A stretch of DNA of 64,000 nucleotides from Eledone cirrhosa (Eukaryota), in assembly GCA_964016885.1 (NCBI GenBank), contig OZ024742.1, positions 239,320,001 to 239,384,000 of the forward strand, written 5' to 3'. Positions 1 through 13,194 of the stretch are shown in pieces. The notes under the pieces were generated by a model. The model made no database searches, was not told where the DNA came from, and saw nothing but the letters and a program-made list of their open reading frames with translations. The first letter of the stretch is position 1. Every line of letters begins with the position of its first letter. Both the position numbers and the translations under genes were made by a program.

Positions 1-218
1 GATCAACTCAATTCATGGCATTCCACTGCAAGCATGTGTCAGTTAATATTTAATTTTTTTTTTTTTGTTTGATCCAGTTTTATTAGTAATGTTTCACCTT
101 GACCCAATGGCAATGGCATTGACTCCTCCTCACCTTGTGGTCAGTTATCTAGTATCGTTTACCTCACAAATACATTTACTATTTCCCTCTCTACCTCTCT
201 CTTCTTCATATATATATA

Positions 219-399
219 CTGTATTTGCCGGCGCCGAAGACGCTTTGCCCTCAAGGATGCACCCTAATTTTGATAACCCAAAATTTGAAAAAAAAAAAAA
301 AAAAAAAAAAAAAAAAGCCTTCGGCCTCCAGGACGCATGGTAGATTTTTCAGACTTATTTTATGAAAAATGTAGCATCTTCGACGCCGGGGAAAATTGG
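219..399. mobile_element. Tc1/mariner(pogo-like) MITE, copy 1
   Basis: TA flanks; imperfect TIRs ctgtatttgccggcgccgaagacgct / agcatcttcgacgccggggaaaattgg; second copy at 49005-49177. Confidence 0.7.
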
Positions 400-449
400 T
401 ATATATCATCATCATCATCATCATCATTTAACATATATCTTCCACGCTA

Positions 450-485
<36 letters not shown>

Positions 486-604
486 TGAATTCCCAATGTA
501 TATCAGGAGGTGACCACAGTTAAAACAGGTACTCAATACATTAGATTATAGGCATCTTCATTTTATTATAGAAATGATTGATTTCTACAGGAAGATTTTT
601 GCCT

Positions 605-653
605 GACTTTCCTGATGATTTCTTACAAATGAAAGTTCTAGTCCTGTAGAAGT
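605..653 (+). ncRNA. Degenerate type I hammerhead-like motif (same family as 53248-53297)
   Basis: ACTTTC-CTGATGA-tttcttacaaat-GAAA-gttctagtcctgTA-GAAGT; stem III lacks 2 nt relative to the 53.2 kb copy. Confidence 0.5.
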
Positions 654-672
654 AATTTCTATAACAAAATAA

Positions 673-717
<45 letters not shown>

Positions 718-719
718 AA

Positions 720-1040
720 GTCATGCCCTGTTTCTCTGGAGTTTTACCTGTATGTGCACAGGGTCATCATCCTATTTTTATTCTTGCTACTATGCTTTTG
801 GAGCTGCCTCCTCCACTGCTAGGTAGCAGAAACTATCAACAACATCTAGGTCACCTAGCTTTCAAATCCTTCTGGAGAGCCTCTCTGGCAACTAAAGAAA
901 TCTATTTTACATCTGTTCTTAGTGTTTACTTCTCCTGTACATCTGCTGCATACAAAGTCTATTAATTTGCTTGTAATTCTACTATATCTCTTGTGTATCC
1001 ATAAGTTACACTGTGTGCACCTTATGGAATTTCTGCCCAT
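720..1040 (-). mobile_element. Degenerate RTE LINE fragment (PHD-like finger region)
   Basis: ORF 855-1040 GRNSIRCTQCNLWIHKR...FVCSRC, homologous to the other RTE copies. Confidence 0.75.
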
Positions 1041-1325
1041 TGTACTATGATACTAAGGTGTTTTTATTTATCTAAAAGCCTTCCATCAAAATTATTGGCA
1101 GTGTCTTTCATTTGAAATTTGGTAATGAAAGATTAAAAAATATATTATATATAATAATTGTCTCTAAAGTTATTTGTACAAACATTTAAAAACATATTGC
1201 TCTTCATCATCATCGTTTAACGTCTATCCTCCACGCTGTAAGCGAATGTAAATTGTATGCAATAATTGTAAAACGTATGTCCATCTGCCAACACATCATT
1301 TCAGTTGAGATTGTCTTGTTTTCAG

Positions 1326-1453
1326 ATGATTTTTGTCAAATGACAGATCGACACGGCCATCATATACTAGAATGTAATCGGGATCGTAAACCAACTTCTA
1401 ACTTTGATTTCTCTCTAAGTTCAGAGGAACCATTGTCTAATACAGAAACTAAG
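1326..1453 (+). CDS. Host gene internal exon A ((D)DFCQMTDRHGHHILECNRDRKPTSNFDFSLSSEEPLSNTETK), uncharacterised protein
   Basis: Acceptor ttgtcttgttttcag|, donor AAG|gtaaat; 128 nt open, phase 1 in and phase 0 out; non-repetitive sequence. Confidence 0.65.
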
Positions 1454-1500
1454 GTAAATATAATTAACTTCTTATAATGATTAAAGATTTAAAAAAATGT

Positions 1501-1970
1501 AACCCTTTCATGATTATTTCATATGAAATATTCCCTGTTTCAAATAATTAAGAAGTTTGACAGATTTACTGAAATTATTCATTATTTCATTGTTAATATA
1601 ATAACTTAACCCTTTTCATACCAACCTACCCCAAACTTTCTTTGTTTCTACAACATAAAACTACCTATTTTAAAGGGTTCCTATTTAAATTTAAACCTTC
1701 CAACATCATTTTATATAAGGACATTTGGTTATATTAGAAATACCACTTTAATGAAATGATAATTTTAGTAAATGTTTCTCAAATTCTTCATTGAATTAAT
1801 TAAAATACAAAGGATTTTATTGGCAATAAAATAAATGAAAGAGTTAACATAAGGTTCTTATATAAAATTATGTTGGAAGATTTTACTTTAATTAGGAACC
1901 TTTCAAAATGTATGGTTTTATTTCATAGAAACAGAGCTGGTTTTGACCAGGTTGGTATCAAAAGAGTTAA
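1501..1970. mobile_element. piggyBac-like MITE(s), overlapping or nested
   Basis: TTAA|CCCTTTTCATACCAACC at 1606 and GGTTGGTATCAAAAGAG|TTAA ending 1970; internal inverted similarity. Confidence 0.55.
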
Positions 1971-2350
1971 ACTATTAGACTCGTGTATTCAGTCCCCTCC
2001 AACTTTCTCCAGTACTTACCTTCCTTTCCATTCTCTCTTCTTATACTAAAATTTCAACAAAGATGGCTAAAAAAAGAAAAGATATAGATTTCTCTGACTG
2101 AAATATTACAAGATTAGCAGTATTTAAATAGATTTCGTACATTCAAAGCCTTAAGATTTAAAGCAAAGATGAACTGCTAAGTTTATACGGTGTTAGTAAC
2201 ATAAATAAAGTGAAATAGTTTCAGCTAGAAATTGAAGCTTGATTACAGACTTTACTACTTAGAAACATGCCTTTATTCTTAGCTACTCATATATCCAAAT
2301 AAGGTTAATAACTGGATAATGGAACATGTGGTTCCTTGACTCATCTGTCT

Positions 2351-2696
2351 GGAGATTAGCACATGGCTTAGTGCTTAGAGCATTGGCCTTGCAATCGAAA
2401 GGTTGTGAGTTCAATTCTCAGACCGGGTGATGTGTTGTTTCCTTGAGCAAGACACTTTATTTCACATTGCTCCAGTTTACTCAGCTGTAGAAATGAGATG
2501 ATAGGGACTGGGTTCCCTATCATTCCACTGCAAAGTGGTCGTGTAGGCGCCACGGCAAAAAAGCACCCAGCACTCACTGTAAATGAGGTTGGTGTTAGGA
2601 AGGGCATCCAGCTGTAGAAATCAAGCCAGAATCAGTTCCCGTCCCACCCTTGCAAGCAGGGAAAAGCGGACGTAAAATGAAATGATGAAATGATGA
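2351..2696 (+). mobile_element. tRNA-derived CORE-type SINE
   Basis: A box tggcttagtg, B box gttcaattc, CORE-like ccttgagcaagacacttt...ctccagtttactcagctgtagaaatg, RTE-derived tail ending (ATGA)n. Confidence 0.88.
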
Positions 2697-2889
2697 AGCA
2701 TTGAAAAAGTAATGTAACACTGCTATATCAACCAACCAGCATCTTTATCACATTTCTTGTATAAATCATCAATTACTGTAAAATTACTAAATGCTATTGT
2801 AAATAATGTTAGAGAATATTCATTCAAGGTTTTAATTTGCAACAATCAAGTATCTATGGTTTCAGTTCCACAGACAATTAGTTATTACA

Positions 2890-3230
2890 TTCATTTTCAT
2901 TTTTTCATTTTATGTCCGCTTTTCCCTGCTTGCAAGGGTGGGACAGGAACTGATTCTGGCTTGATTTCTACAGCTGGATGCCCTTCCTAACACCAATCTC
3001 ATTTACAGTGAGTGCTGGGTGCTTTTTTGCCGTGGCACCTCCACATCCACTTTGTAGTGGAATGATATGGACCCCAGTCCCTATCATCTCATTTCTACAG
3101 CTGAGTAAACTGGAGCAATGTGAAATAAAGTGTCTTGCTCAAGGAAACAACACATCACCCGGTCTGCGAATTGAACTCACAACCTTTCGATTGCAAGGCC
3201 AATGCTCTAACCACTAAGCCATGTGCCTCC
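2890..3230 (-). mobile_element. tRNA-derived CORE-type SINE
   Basis: Near-identical reverse complement of 2351-2696. Confidence 0.9.
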
Positions 3231-3342
3231 ATGTGAAGTTCAATCAATGTGAAGTTCAATCAACAAGGGGGTCTCCTCATAGTTACTAAATCTACTGAAA
3301 ATAGCAGCCAAATCTTCATCAAATCACATTGTAATATCTTAA

Positions 3343-3550
3343 CCCTTTAGCATTTAAACCGTCCATATTTGGCCAGAATTCTTTCACCTCTTTCTGTTCA
3401 AACTGGCTGTAACTGGTCACTCATACTGATGTTAAGGTATTATTCTCAAAATAAATATCAAAATCTCATAGGTTCGATATTATGGGAGATAATTATGTGA
3501 GGTAAAGACTTTACTGTGAAAATATAATAGTAAATATAGAGTAATGTAAA
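3343..3550. mobile_element. piggyBac-like MITE, truncated at one end
   Basis: TTAA|CCCTTTAGCATTTA; reverse-orientation homolog of 16470-16696. Confidence 0.65.
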
Positions 3551-4589
3551 AAAAAAGAAAAACATTGAATATGGTGGCCCTGGTCAAAGAAGCCTGCCAG
3601 ATAGATTATTTGTGTTTTTGTGTGGTAGACTTAATTGATTACTCACTACCACATGCCCCATTGATATCTTTAACCAAGTTCTCTCTGTTGCAAGAATTTG
3701 AGTCAGGTCTCCAGTCTGAAGATAACCTCCTCCTTTCCTCCTACCAATCACCTAAGGCTCTGAAAAGGGTCATGGGCACTGCCATTCCTCTTCTGACAGT
3801 CATAAAAGCAAAAAAAAAAAAAAAAAAAATTTGGCGACCAGAACAATTAATGAGACTGATATGTTTAACCACAAGAGTTTGTGTACATCACCAACACTAC
3901 AGAAATTGTCATGCCCTTGACGAATGTTCTTCCTATTGTCAACCATCTTATATGTTGTATTGGGTGCATTTGAGCTTCTCATTTCCATTCTTTACAGTGA
4001 CGGATATTCAAATAACAAGTTTTAAATCGGCCCATAGTTTACATTGAAATGCCACTGCTTATTTGGTTTCATGTGTTATGGAATGATATTTATATTTAGA
4101 CATAAAGATATAGACTAAAAAATATAAGCACCTTTTAAAGTACTTTCAATTACAAGCTGGGTTTTACCCTGTGAAGACTGAAATTGAATAGAAATAAATA
4201 CCATATTGGTAAAAGCTATAGTAATAATCCTTATGAAGCTATAAAACTGATCATCTATTAACTGTCCTCTTCCAACACCAAAGGATTAGAATCCTGTTTG
4301 GATCCTAACAGGACTTAGCAACAGATGCTATAAATAGCCTGTCACTTATTCAAATGACAAATTAGAACTTAAAATAAGTTGTTGATAATGGCAATAATGA
4401 TACTCTGGAATGTTTTTTTTTGTTGCCTTGTCTTATAAACATACCAGCTGAGTCAATAAATGACTATGTGAATAAAACCCATGAAACTTTGTTTGAATTT
4501 CACTTGATGTGAAGAACGAACATGAAACCACAGGTTTGAATAAAAGAATTAAATTTTACTATATATTACATAGTTTTTTCCTTACGTTT

Positions 4590-6390
4590 CATCATCATCA
4601 TCATCATCATCGTTTAACGTCCATCTTCCACGCTTGCATGGGTTTGGACGGGAGTTTTCCCACTTGAGGCAAGAGTGGTTGTCTTGCTCGCATAGGACTG
4701 TCTGGCGGGTTTATAAATCCAAATGCATATATATGTTTGTGTATGTCATCATCATCATTTAATGTCCATTATCACTGCTAGCAAGGGTTGGATGGGCTGT
4801 CATGGACAAAGTCAATGCTTAATCGGAGTCACTGATATCTCAGATAGGCAGGTAGTTTGCTTCTCGTTTATATATATTATCACACTTTACCAAGTGAATC
4901 AGGTATCAGGTGCATTTTATCGTAGTACCAGCACTAGGGGGGTTTCCGTGTCTTTGATACAACTAAAGAGTCCTCTTGACTCTTTGTTTTGTAAGTTTTC
5001 TATGGCTAGATGCCCTTTCTATCATCAACCACTTCACAGGTGTGTATTGGGTAAGTTTATCATCATATCAACACTAAAGAGGTTGTGTCTTTGACACAAC
5101 TAAAGACAACTCTGCCCTATGGGGTGTAGTGAAAGGAGGAGGGAAATGTCTTTATATAGCTGACATCTTCCATATGCATCACATGTCCATACTATCACAG
5201 GTTTGCACACTACATTCAATTCTTTTTATGCCTAGTTTTTCTATCAGCTTATGCTATGCTGTTCATGCACATTAACATTACACATCCACCGGAGTATGCT
5301 CGTTTCTTTTCTTTCTAGCCTTTGAAGGTCTTCTGAGTCAAAGCCTATGTCTCACTGCCATGTAGCATTGTGGTTCATGCACAGGCATTATACAGTCTAA
5401 TCTTCCTTATGAGAAAGAAGCTTGTTGTTGTCAGCAGAAGTTCTAGCTTCCTAAACTTCTCCCAGCCCATTCTTACTTTGGCTATCACACTTTCAGAACA
5501 TCTTCTCCCACTGCTGATTATGTCACCAAGCTAACAAAAACTGTGAACAATGTCTATGGAGCCTTCCAGACAATAGAGACAATCTATTTCATGTATGCTC
5601 TTACTGCTTGCTTCTGTGCATCTGCTGCATACAAAGTTTAGATTACTCATTGCCAACTCCCACCTTACTGCTTGCACCTTAATACATATTTTGTACAGTC
5701 CTCACAAGCCATTTATCTACATCTAGCTTCCTTAGCGCCCACCAGATTTCAGTGTTGAGGACCATGTCAAAGGTCTCCTCCAGATCAGGTACAGAGGCTT
5801 ACTCTTAACCAAATGCTTCTCCAGCAGGTGTCTCACAAGGAAAATGGCATCAGTAGTAACCCTTCCTTTTCTTACTTTCGATCTTTCTATTTCATCTTTT
5901 ATTTCTTATTGTCTCTTCTGATAGACAATGATACAGAATTGAGATCTTTGGTGTTATGCAGTAATGCAGAAGACCTGCCTTCTCATGCGCATGGACTGAA
6001 ACATACATCTAGTAGGCACCTCTTAACCTCCACCCATCCATACATCTCCCATATCCCAACACCCATCCACATGTGATCACACCACCCTTACACTGTAAAG
6101 TTGTCATGTTGGTATCACAACAAAAAGCACCCAGCCCACAATGTACAGTGGTCGTGTAGGTGTCATGACAAAAAGCTTCCGGCCCACACAGTAAAGTGTC
6201 ATGTAGGTGTCACAACAAAAAACACCCAGCATACATTGTAAATGTGGTTGGCATAGAAACCAAGCCAGAAACAGTTCTGTTAGGATAAGGCATGGTTACC
6301 TGTCCCGACATGCCTCAAATGTTACAGCCTGTCTAACCCATGCTAGTGTGGAAAATAGACGTTAAACGATGATGATGATGATGATAATGA
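4590..6390. mobile_element. Cluster of old RTE LINE 3' fragments (4590-4711 -, 4745-5640 -, 5925-6390 +)
   Basis: (CAT)n/(ATG)n tails, RTE 3' UTR modules and decayed RT C-terminal coding similarity. Confidence 0.65.
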
Positions 6391-7046
6391 TATACTACTT
6401 GCTTATACTTGTGGTTGCGTTCACCCGGGGTGGGTTGAGCTGGCTCCATCGAAGGAATTCACAGTGTAAGTTCATTTCAATGTAGTTTCTTTGGCTGATT
6501 GATTTCACAAGTGATGCCCAGCACTTTAGGATATTGCAATCCAGTTTGGGGACGCATGGGAGGGAGTTTTGGGCCGGCAGAGGTGATAAACAACCTATTT
6601 GAGCCATTTTGTCGGCCAGCACTATAGTTTGGAATGTGTAGAATGTGTGGAATGAGGGTGGTGTAGTGGTTTTGAGAATGGCTGTTAGTGAGTGGTAGTG
6701 GAAGGGAGGGTGTGGGCGTAGGTCAGACCACATTGTATGTTGCAGGTTGGAGCTTCTTCAATGTTGTCTTAAGTCATTTTTGAAGAAGCTCCTTTGATCA
6801 TTTCTGTTAAGAGGTTTGATTTTTAAAGGTTGGTCTTCACAACCGCATCCCATGTCTTCCTATGCTTACCTCTTTCACAGCTCCCAGCCACAGAGTTTCT
6901 TTGCAGTTCTCATATATATTTTATTTCATCATCATCATTTTACATCAGCTTTTTCCTGCTTGCAATATATACATAAAAAATTAAGGATATGATGTTATAT
7001 TTATTCCTTCAACATCTATAATATTTTGATAATATACGAGAGAATT

Positions 7047-9223
7047 TATCATCATCATCATCATCATCATCATCTTCGTTTAACGTCCATTTTCCACGCT
7101 AGCATGGGTTAGACGGGAGTTGTCCCACTTGAGGCAAGGTTGGTAGGCTTTCTACAGCTGGATGCCCTTCCTAACACCAACCACATTTACAGTGTAGAAC
7201 TGGGAACTTTTTACCGCGTTACCTACACGGCCACATTACAGCGTGGAATGTGTGTTTTTTTCTCGTGACACCTACACGATCTTGATCTCATTTATCTCAT
7301 TTATTTGGACTGGATGTTGTGGTACCAACTTTATAGAGAGAGGGTGGTGTTGGTGGGAGTGGGAGGATAGGGTAGGGGTAGTGGATTGGAGTGTATATTT
7401 GGTTAAGAGGTGCCTACTGACTGTAGGTTTCGCTTTGTACATAGGCAAGGCGGGTCTTCTATATTTACTGCGTAGCGCCAAAGGTCTCAGTCCAGTGACA
7501 TTGTCTTAGAGAGGTGCAAGTGTGTAAGGTCAGAATTTATCAGATCGTCCCAGGTTTTTCTGGGTCTACCTACTCCGTAACTATCATCAATTTTGATCGC
7601 CCTGCACTTTTTTATACAGCTGTCGTCTTTCATGCGCATCACGTGGCCATACCAACGTAGTCTTCTCTCAAGTAAACAGCATCTGATCCATCTCATTCCT
7701 AATTTCTCACTTAGTTCATTTATGCTTTGCCGTTCATGTATATTACTATTACACATCCAATGGAGCATGCATGCTTCGTTCCTTTCCAGTCTACGCAGGT
7801 CCTCTGCACGCAATGCCCATGTCTCAATGCCATGTAGCATTGCTGTTCCTATACAAGCATCATATAATCTGCCTTTCATTTTTAGAGGGAAACCTTTTGT
7901 GGCCAACAGCGGTATAAGCTCTCTGAACTTTTTCCATCCCGTTCTGACTCTGGCTACTGTACTTTCAGAACAGCCTCCACCACTGCTGATTTCGTCACCC
8001 AGGTAACGGAAAGTGTCTACTATTTCTATAGAACCATCTGGGCAATAGAAGGGGCTAGTATCCTGTGGACACTTGCTACCTATTGCACCTGAGCATCGGC
8101 CACATATAAAGTCTACGTTCTTAGATAGTTTACCTGTGATCCCACTACATCTTTTATGTACACATACTTTGCATTTGGGACATAAAATTGAATTTCTGCC
8201 TACTCCTTTCCTACACACTGAGCAAGGCCATTTCCCTGAGGGCACCTGTGCCTTATTTTACTTTCTACAAACTAGGACTTTAGTCTTAGACAAGTTAACT
8301 TTAAGGCCTTTTGATTCTAGGCCATGCTTCCATGTTTGGAATTTCTTTTCTAGTTCAGCCATTGATTCAGCTATGAGCGTTAGATCATCTGCGTATAGGA
8401 GTTCCCATGGGCAGCCGGTCTTGAACTCCTCTGTTATAGCCTGAAGGGCAATAATAAATAGGAGGGGGCTAAGGACAGAGCCTTGGTGAACACCAACTTT
8501 TACACTAAATTCTTCACAATATTCATTGTTAATTCTAACTTTACTGACTGTTTCATTACACATAGCTTGTATAGCTCTCACAAGCCATTCATCTACACCT
8601 AGTTTTCTAAGAGCCCACCAGATAATGGAGCGGGGGACTCTGTCAAAGGCTTTTTCCAGGTCTACAAAAGCTAAGTAGAGGGGTTTACTTTTAGCTAGGT
8701 ACTTATCTTGTAGTTGTCGTACAAGGAAAAGAGCGTCTGTGGTACTTTTACCTGACACAAACCCAAACTGCATTTCATCTAGATCAATTCGCTCTCTGAT
8801 TAGTTGTGCTATAACTCTTTCTGTGACCTTCATGACCTGGTCAACTAACTTAATGCCTCTAAAGTTTCCTCTATCTAGAGCATCTCCTTTACCCTTGTAG
8901 CAGTTAATGATGATGCTGCTACGCCAGTCTTTTGGTATGACCCAATTCTGTATTACTTGGTTAACTATACGGGTGAACATAGTATATCCCACCATTCCAG
9001 ATGCCTTCAACATCTCAGCAACTATCTCCGAAGGCCCAGCTGCCTTGCCTGTCTTCATATCTTTGATTGCCTTACTTATTATACTACCTTTAACGTGCAC
9101 CGCTGGTCCTTCTATTGGATCGATTTGGGGCAGACTATCTTTTTCCCACTTATTCTCCTCATCTAATAGTCTCTCGTAGTGACACTTCCAGGCTATCTTC
9201 TTATCAGCATCAGTGAGGGCAAT
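7047..9223 (-). mobile_element. RTE-clade LINE family A, 5'-truncated; RT, PHD-like finger, C-terminus and 3' UTR
   Basis: ORFs 8258-9100 and 7487-8245 in one frame split by a single stop; motifs [45 protein letters not shown]; (CAT)n tail. Confidence 0.95.
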
Positions 9224-10017
9224 TTATCTATATATATTTTAAAATACCTAGAGGTATATATAAATACAGGTGGGGAGATGTTTATTTGTACACGCATAGC
9301 TATAGATCTATGGGTATAAACATACATAGATACAATCGAATGCATTGATTCACACTCACAATATTTCTTAATGGAAACAGAAATAATGATTTAAAAGAAT
9401 TTAAAAAAATAATAATTAAAAAATAATCTCAGAACAGATTATAAAATCAAAAAAATACATAATGAATAATGACAATTTTTTAACAAGGAACATAAACTGA
9501 GAAAACACTGCCACAAAACTTAACATTTAGACAAATATTTTGAACCCACTTAAATAGAATGTCATGAAGAATGCTAGAAAGAAATATTTTCTTTTAATAT
9601 TTGAACCTGACTAGTTAATACAGTAATCTCCGTATGTGCTACATATATTTTCTATATATATTATTGATTTTATATATCATTTTCTTTACATATTATGCTA
9701 ATTAATTATATGTGTCTGCCACTGCTTTTTACGAACATTTCCTACGACTTAATTGACAAACTTTATTCTACCTATATAAAATAAAATGATAACAAAATTC
9801 TAAATAAATAAACTGTACATAAGCCCATTCACTACAATCTAATGACATAGAAATCACAAGTAAACATATAGTCTTGCATGACGTTTTATAAAATTCAACT
9901 GCATAACATGCTCTTGAATATAACTATATGCTTTATGCTAAATGTTTTTGATATTGTTTTTGTTCTTTATACATTGTGAGGTTGTTAAACCTTATTTATA
10001 TCTTATTTATTCTCTAA

Positions 10018-10139
10018 ATTTCCTGAGGATATACGGATTGTATGTGATCTGTATGATGTAGTTAATTGTTAATTAACAATTTCCAGTTGTTCTACAAATG
10101 CATGTCCCATTATAACTGTATTGAAATGAGCATAGAAAT
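10018..10139 (+). ncRNA. Type I hammerhead-like motif with long stem II
   Basis: ATTTC-CTGAGGA-t-ATACGG...CTGTAT-t-GAAA-TGagCA-TA-GAAAT; stems I, II and minimal III pair by eye. Confidence 0.55.
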
Positions 10140-10338
10140 GATGGAATAAATATAATTTCATATCCTTGATTTTTTTCTAATATTGAATTTTAATGCTCTG
10201 CTACCTGAACCATCCTCAACAACAGATAACTTAATCATCCGCTTTAAACTGATGAATCAAGGACTGTAATGTGCATAGAGCTGAGCTTCTCTCATCTTAC
10301 TAAAGAAAATAGTGAAGTACTATAATCATATATATATA

Positions 10339-11228
10339 CTAGCTGAATGACCCAGCATTACCTGGGTTACTGCTGTTCTTATTCAGATCAGTAAACAATA
10401 AATATGGAGATATATTTTTTTTTTTATAATTATTTCAAAATATCTACATTTTATTTAAAAAATATCAAAATTGTAATTATAATAAAATTTAGAAATGAAA
10501 ATCTGTCGAATCTTGAAGCACCTCAGGGTAAACAATATTCATTGTGTAATTTTTTGTTGGTGTCCAAATGAATAAATTGTTGCTGTTTACAACTCATGAG
10601 CAACCAACATAGAGTTGACCGTGGGAGAAACATGTAGAGATCAAGTCCAACTACCTTGAGGGATTGATCCTGAGATTTGTTAATTGAAATAACAAAACTT
10701 AGTCAAACTAAGTTTTGTTATTTCAACTCTATGTTGGTTGCTCAGTTGGAAACAGCAACAATTTATTCATTTGGACACCAACAAAAAATTGAAGCCTCTT
10801 AAATTCAACCGCACATACACTCATACTTTTCAGTCATTACATATGTATATGTATGTGTAGATATGAGTGTTTAATTCTCTGTATATCTGATTAAATATTT
10901 ACGTGAAGATGTATGTGTTTGTAACTGACTAATGCCTAACCTATGTAATGAATGCGCAAACACACACACACTCACAGACACATACACAGTCATATACAAA
11001 ATGTGACGTCATCGTCGTGTTATAAAATGTTATTTACTTATAGTCTATTGTATAATATTTTAGATAAAATGTTATATTGTTTTAATCTAAATGAAAATAA
11101 AAATTACATGTTAATCCCGTGGTCTAAGACTTGTAAAATTTGATTTGATTTGGTCGAGCCGTTTGAGAATGCATAAGGAAACAGACAGAGAGACAAAGAA
11201 TTATATATATATATATATATATATATGA
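10339..11228 (-). mobile_element. Non-autonomous Helitron with Pif1-like helicase remnant
   Basis: Minus-strand 3' end CTAG|T preceded by hairpin acccaggtaatgctgggt; 10595-10690 translates (with frameshifts) to TINKSQDQSLKVVGLDL...FSHGQLYVGCS (helicase motifs V/VI); 5' boundary in the TA tract is approximate. Confidence 0.8.
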
Positions 11229-11257
11229 CAGTATATAGAGAAAAATACACAAAGAGG

Positions 11258-11445
11258 TATGTGTTCAATTATAGGGGATAGAATACACCCAGAGTGAAAA
11301 AAACATTGTCTACGAAAGGAATGGAGAATATATATCAATTACAAAAATAAATTATTCTTTTAATTGATATGTATTCTCTATTCCTTTCGTAGACTTCATA
11401 TTTTTCACTCTGGTGGTATTCTATCCCTATAATTGAACACATATC
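11258..11445. repeat. Fold-back inverted repeat (~90-bp arms)
   Basis: tatgtgttcaattataggg...gtctacgaaaggaat...atatcaatta / taattgatat...attcctttcgtagac...ccctataattgaacacata. Confidence 0.85.
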
Positions 11446-11539
11446 CCAGGAGGGCTTCTTATTACAAAGTCGGCAGATAGTCTGCGAGAACACTTTATTT
11501 GCTTATCTGAAGTCGGATTCCAGCTTAAACCCAAAGGCC

Positions 11540-12790
11540 CTTCCATGTCTTAACTTTGTATGCCTTTATTGTCTATGCTGCAATTCTTTGTGCTTGCTTG
11601 TACCGCAAGTGCAAGAAGGAGGATTTATTTCCAAGCCAAGCTTTGTAAGCCACCTTCTTTGCTCGGCTGGCATCTTTGACCTCTTGATTAAACCAAGGAG
11701 TTTTCTTGCCATCTGACGCTGCACTAAGCCTCTTTTGCCTGCAGCATTTAACAGCTGAAGCAGAAACTGTTGCGCTGAACAATCTTCACTCTGTCTCAAC
11801 GTCCTCAGTTTGTTCAGGGAGTTTTCTGAATTTGGATGCAATAGTATCTGCATACCTGGTCCTGACTTATCCACCAATACTTCCCACTTTATCTTCTAGG
11901 TCCTGGACCTGCCAGTTTTGTGGGCTTCTTTGGCTTTCGGTAGTCTCAAGTTGCAGATAACTAGATGGTGATCAGTTAACAGCTCAGCCCCTTTCCGAAC
12001 ATGAACATCCAGCTCAGAATCAAAGAGATCAGAAACAATAACAAAATCACTTATTGATCTCTTCCCCTGATTCCCTTTATACCATGTATATTTATGGATG
12101 TCTGTGCTGGAAAAAGGTGTTCATAATAGTGTCCATTGCTAGAACAGAAGTCTAGTAAGGTCTCTCCATTTGTATTTAGAACGGGGTCGTCATTCCTTCC
12201 AATCACTCCTTTCCATGTCAGGTGGTCAATGCCAACATGTACATTGAAGTCCCCCATCAGGATATGACTCAGTCTTAACAACATCTAATGCTGCAAGTGA
12301 CTTCATCAAGGAAGGACCTGTATTTGGACTCCTTGTTTGGTGCATAAACTTGCACCACCCACAGAGACCTGCCTTTCAGTCAAAGCTTGAAGAGGCAAAT
12401 CCTTCCTCCTAACAGGACACATTTTAACAGCCAGGGACTTGTGAGTAGCCCCACTCCCGCCTGTGCAGTAATTTCTGGCACCACACCTGAATAGTGGAGT
12501 TTCTATCCTCCATCCAAATCTACAGTATTAGAACCACAGAACTTTGTTGAGGAAATCCCTACTATATCTAGCCTCCTCCACTAGCTCCTGCTCGTTACCT
12601 GTAAGAGTTGTGATGTTCCATGTTCCAACTGTCAGGATTTGCTCCCTTCCGAGCCCTCTTTGGAGTCTCAGAATATGCAACCTTTGTGCGTCCATTCCCA
12701 CACCTCCCAAGATAGGTCGCAGGCCCATCGCCAATTTTTGCAGCATGAAATGGAGACTTCAATATTTTTTAACAGGCCCCTCTACCTAAG
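11540..12790 (-). mobile_element. Degenerate RTE (Rex3/Expander-like) LINE 5' part with APE endonuclease
   Basis: VGTWNITTLTG, LMGDFNVHVG...WKGVIGRN, DHHLV, TPWFNQEVK; many frameshifts. Confidence 0.8.
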
Positions 12791-13194
12791 GCCTGGATGC
12801 ATCTCTTGTTAACTCGCATGAAGAACGATGCAATATGGTTCTTCTTTGTTTTCCTCCTCCTCCTCATCATCATCATCATCGTTTAATGTCCATTTTCCAC
12901 GCTAGCATGGGTCTGTTTCAGTTTCAGTAGTCTTATTCGCGCCAATCATTAATCTGGTGCTTTGTCAAACCCATGAAGACTAGGCTTTTTTTTAGAGGCA
13001 GCCTTTACTTGCCTTGTCATAGCTACGTCACTGGTTTGTGAGAGTTTTCTTGTAAGTTACAGGTGTCACCCATTGCTCTGTCTCCCCTAGTAGTTTGCTA
13101 CTGTTTGTCCAGGGTTACTTATTTGTCTGGCAACTGTCCGCTTATATTGCAACTAGCCATCATATCTGGTGGCCATATTGCTCTCTACCACCTG

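Noticed and set aside
2351-2425. tRNA gene
   Set aside because: Has A/B boxes but continues into CORE and LINE-derived tail, so it is a SINE head
2368-3217. Recurrent 79-aa [20 protein letters not shown]... found in many places
   Set aside because: Antisense reading of the CORE-SINE; recurrence reflects SINE copy number
3565-6733. ORFs 3565-4047 (+) and 6395-6733 (-) as host exons or genes
   Set aside because: No recognisable domain or convincing splice-site pair; the first reads through a poly-A run
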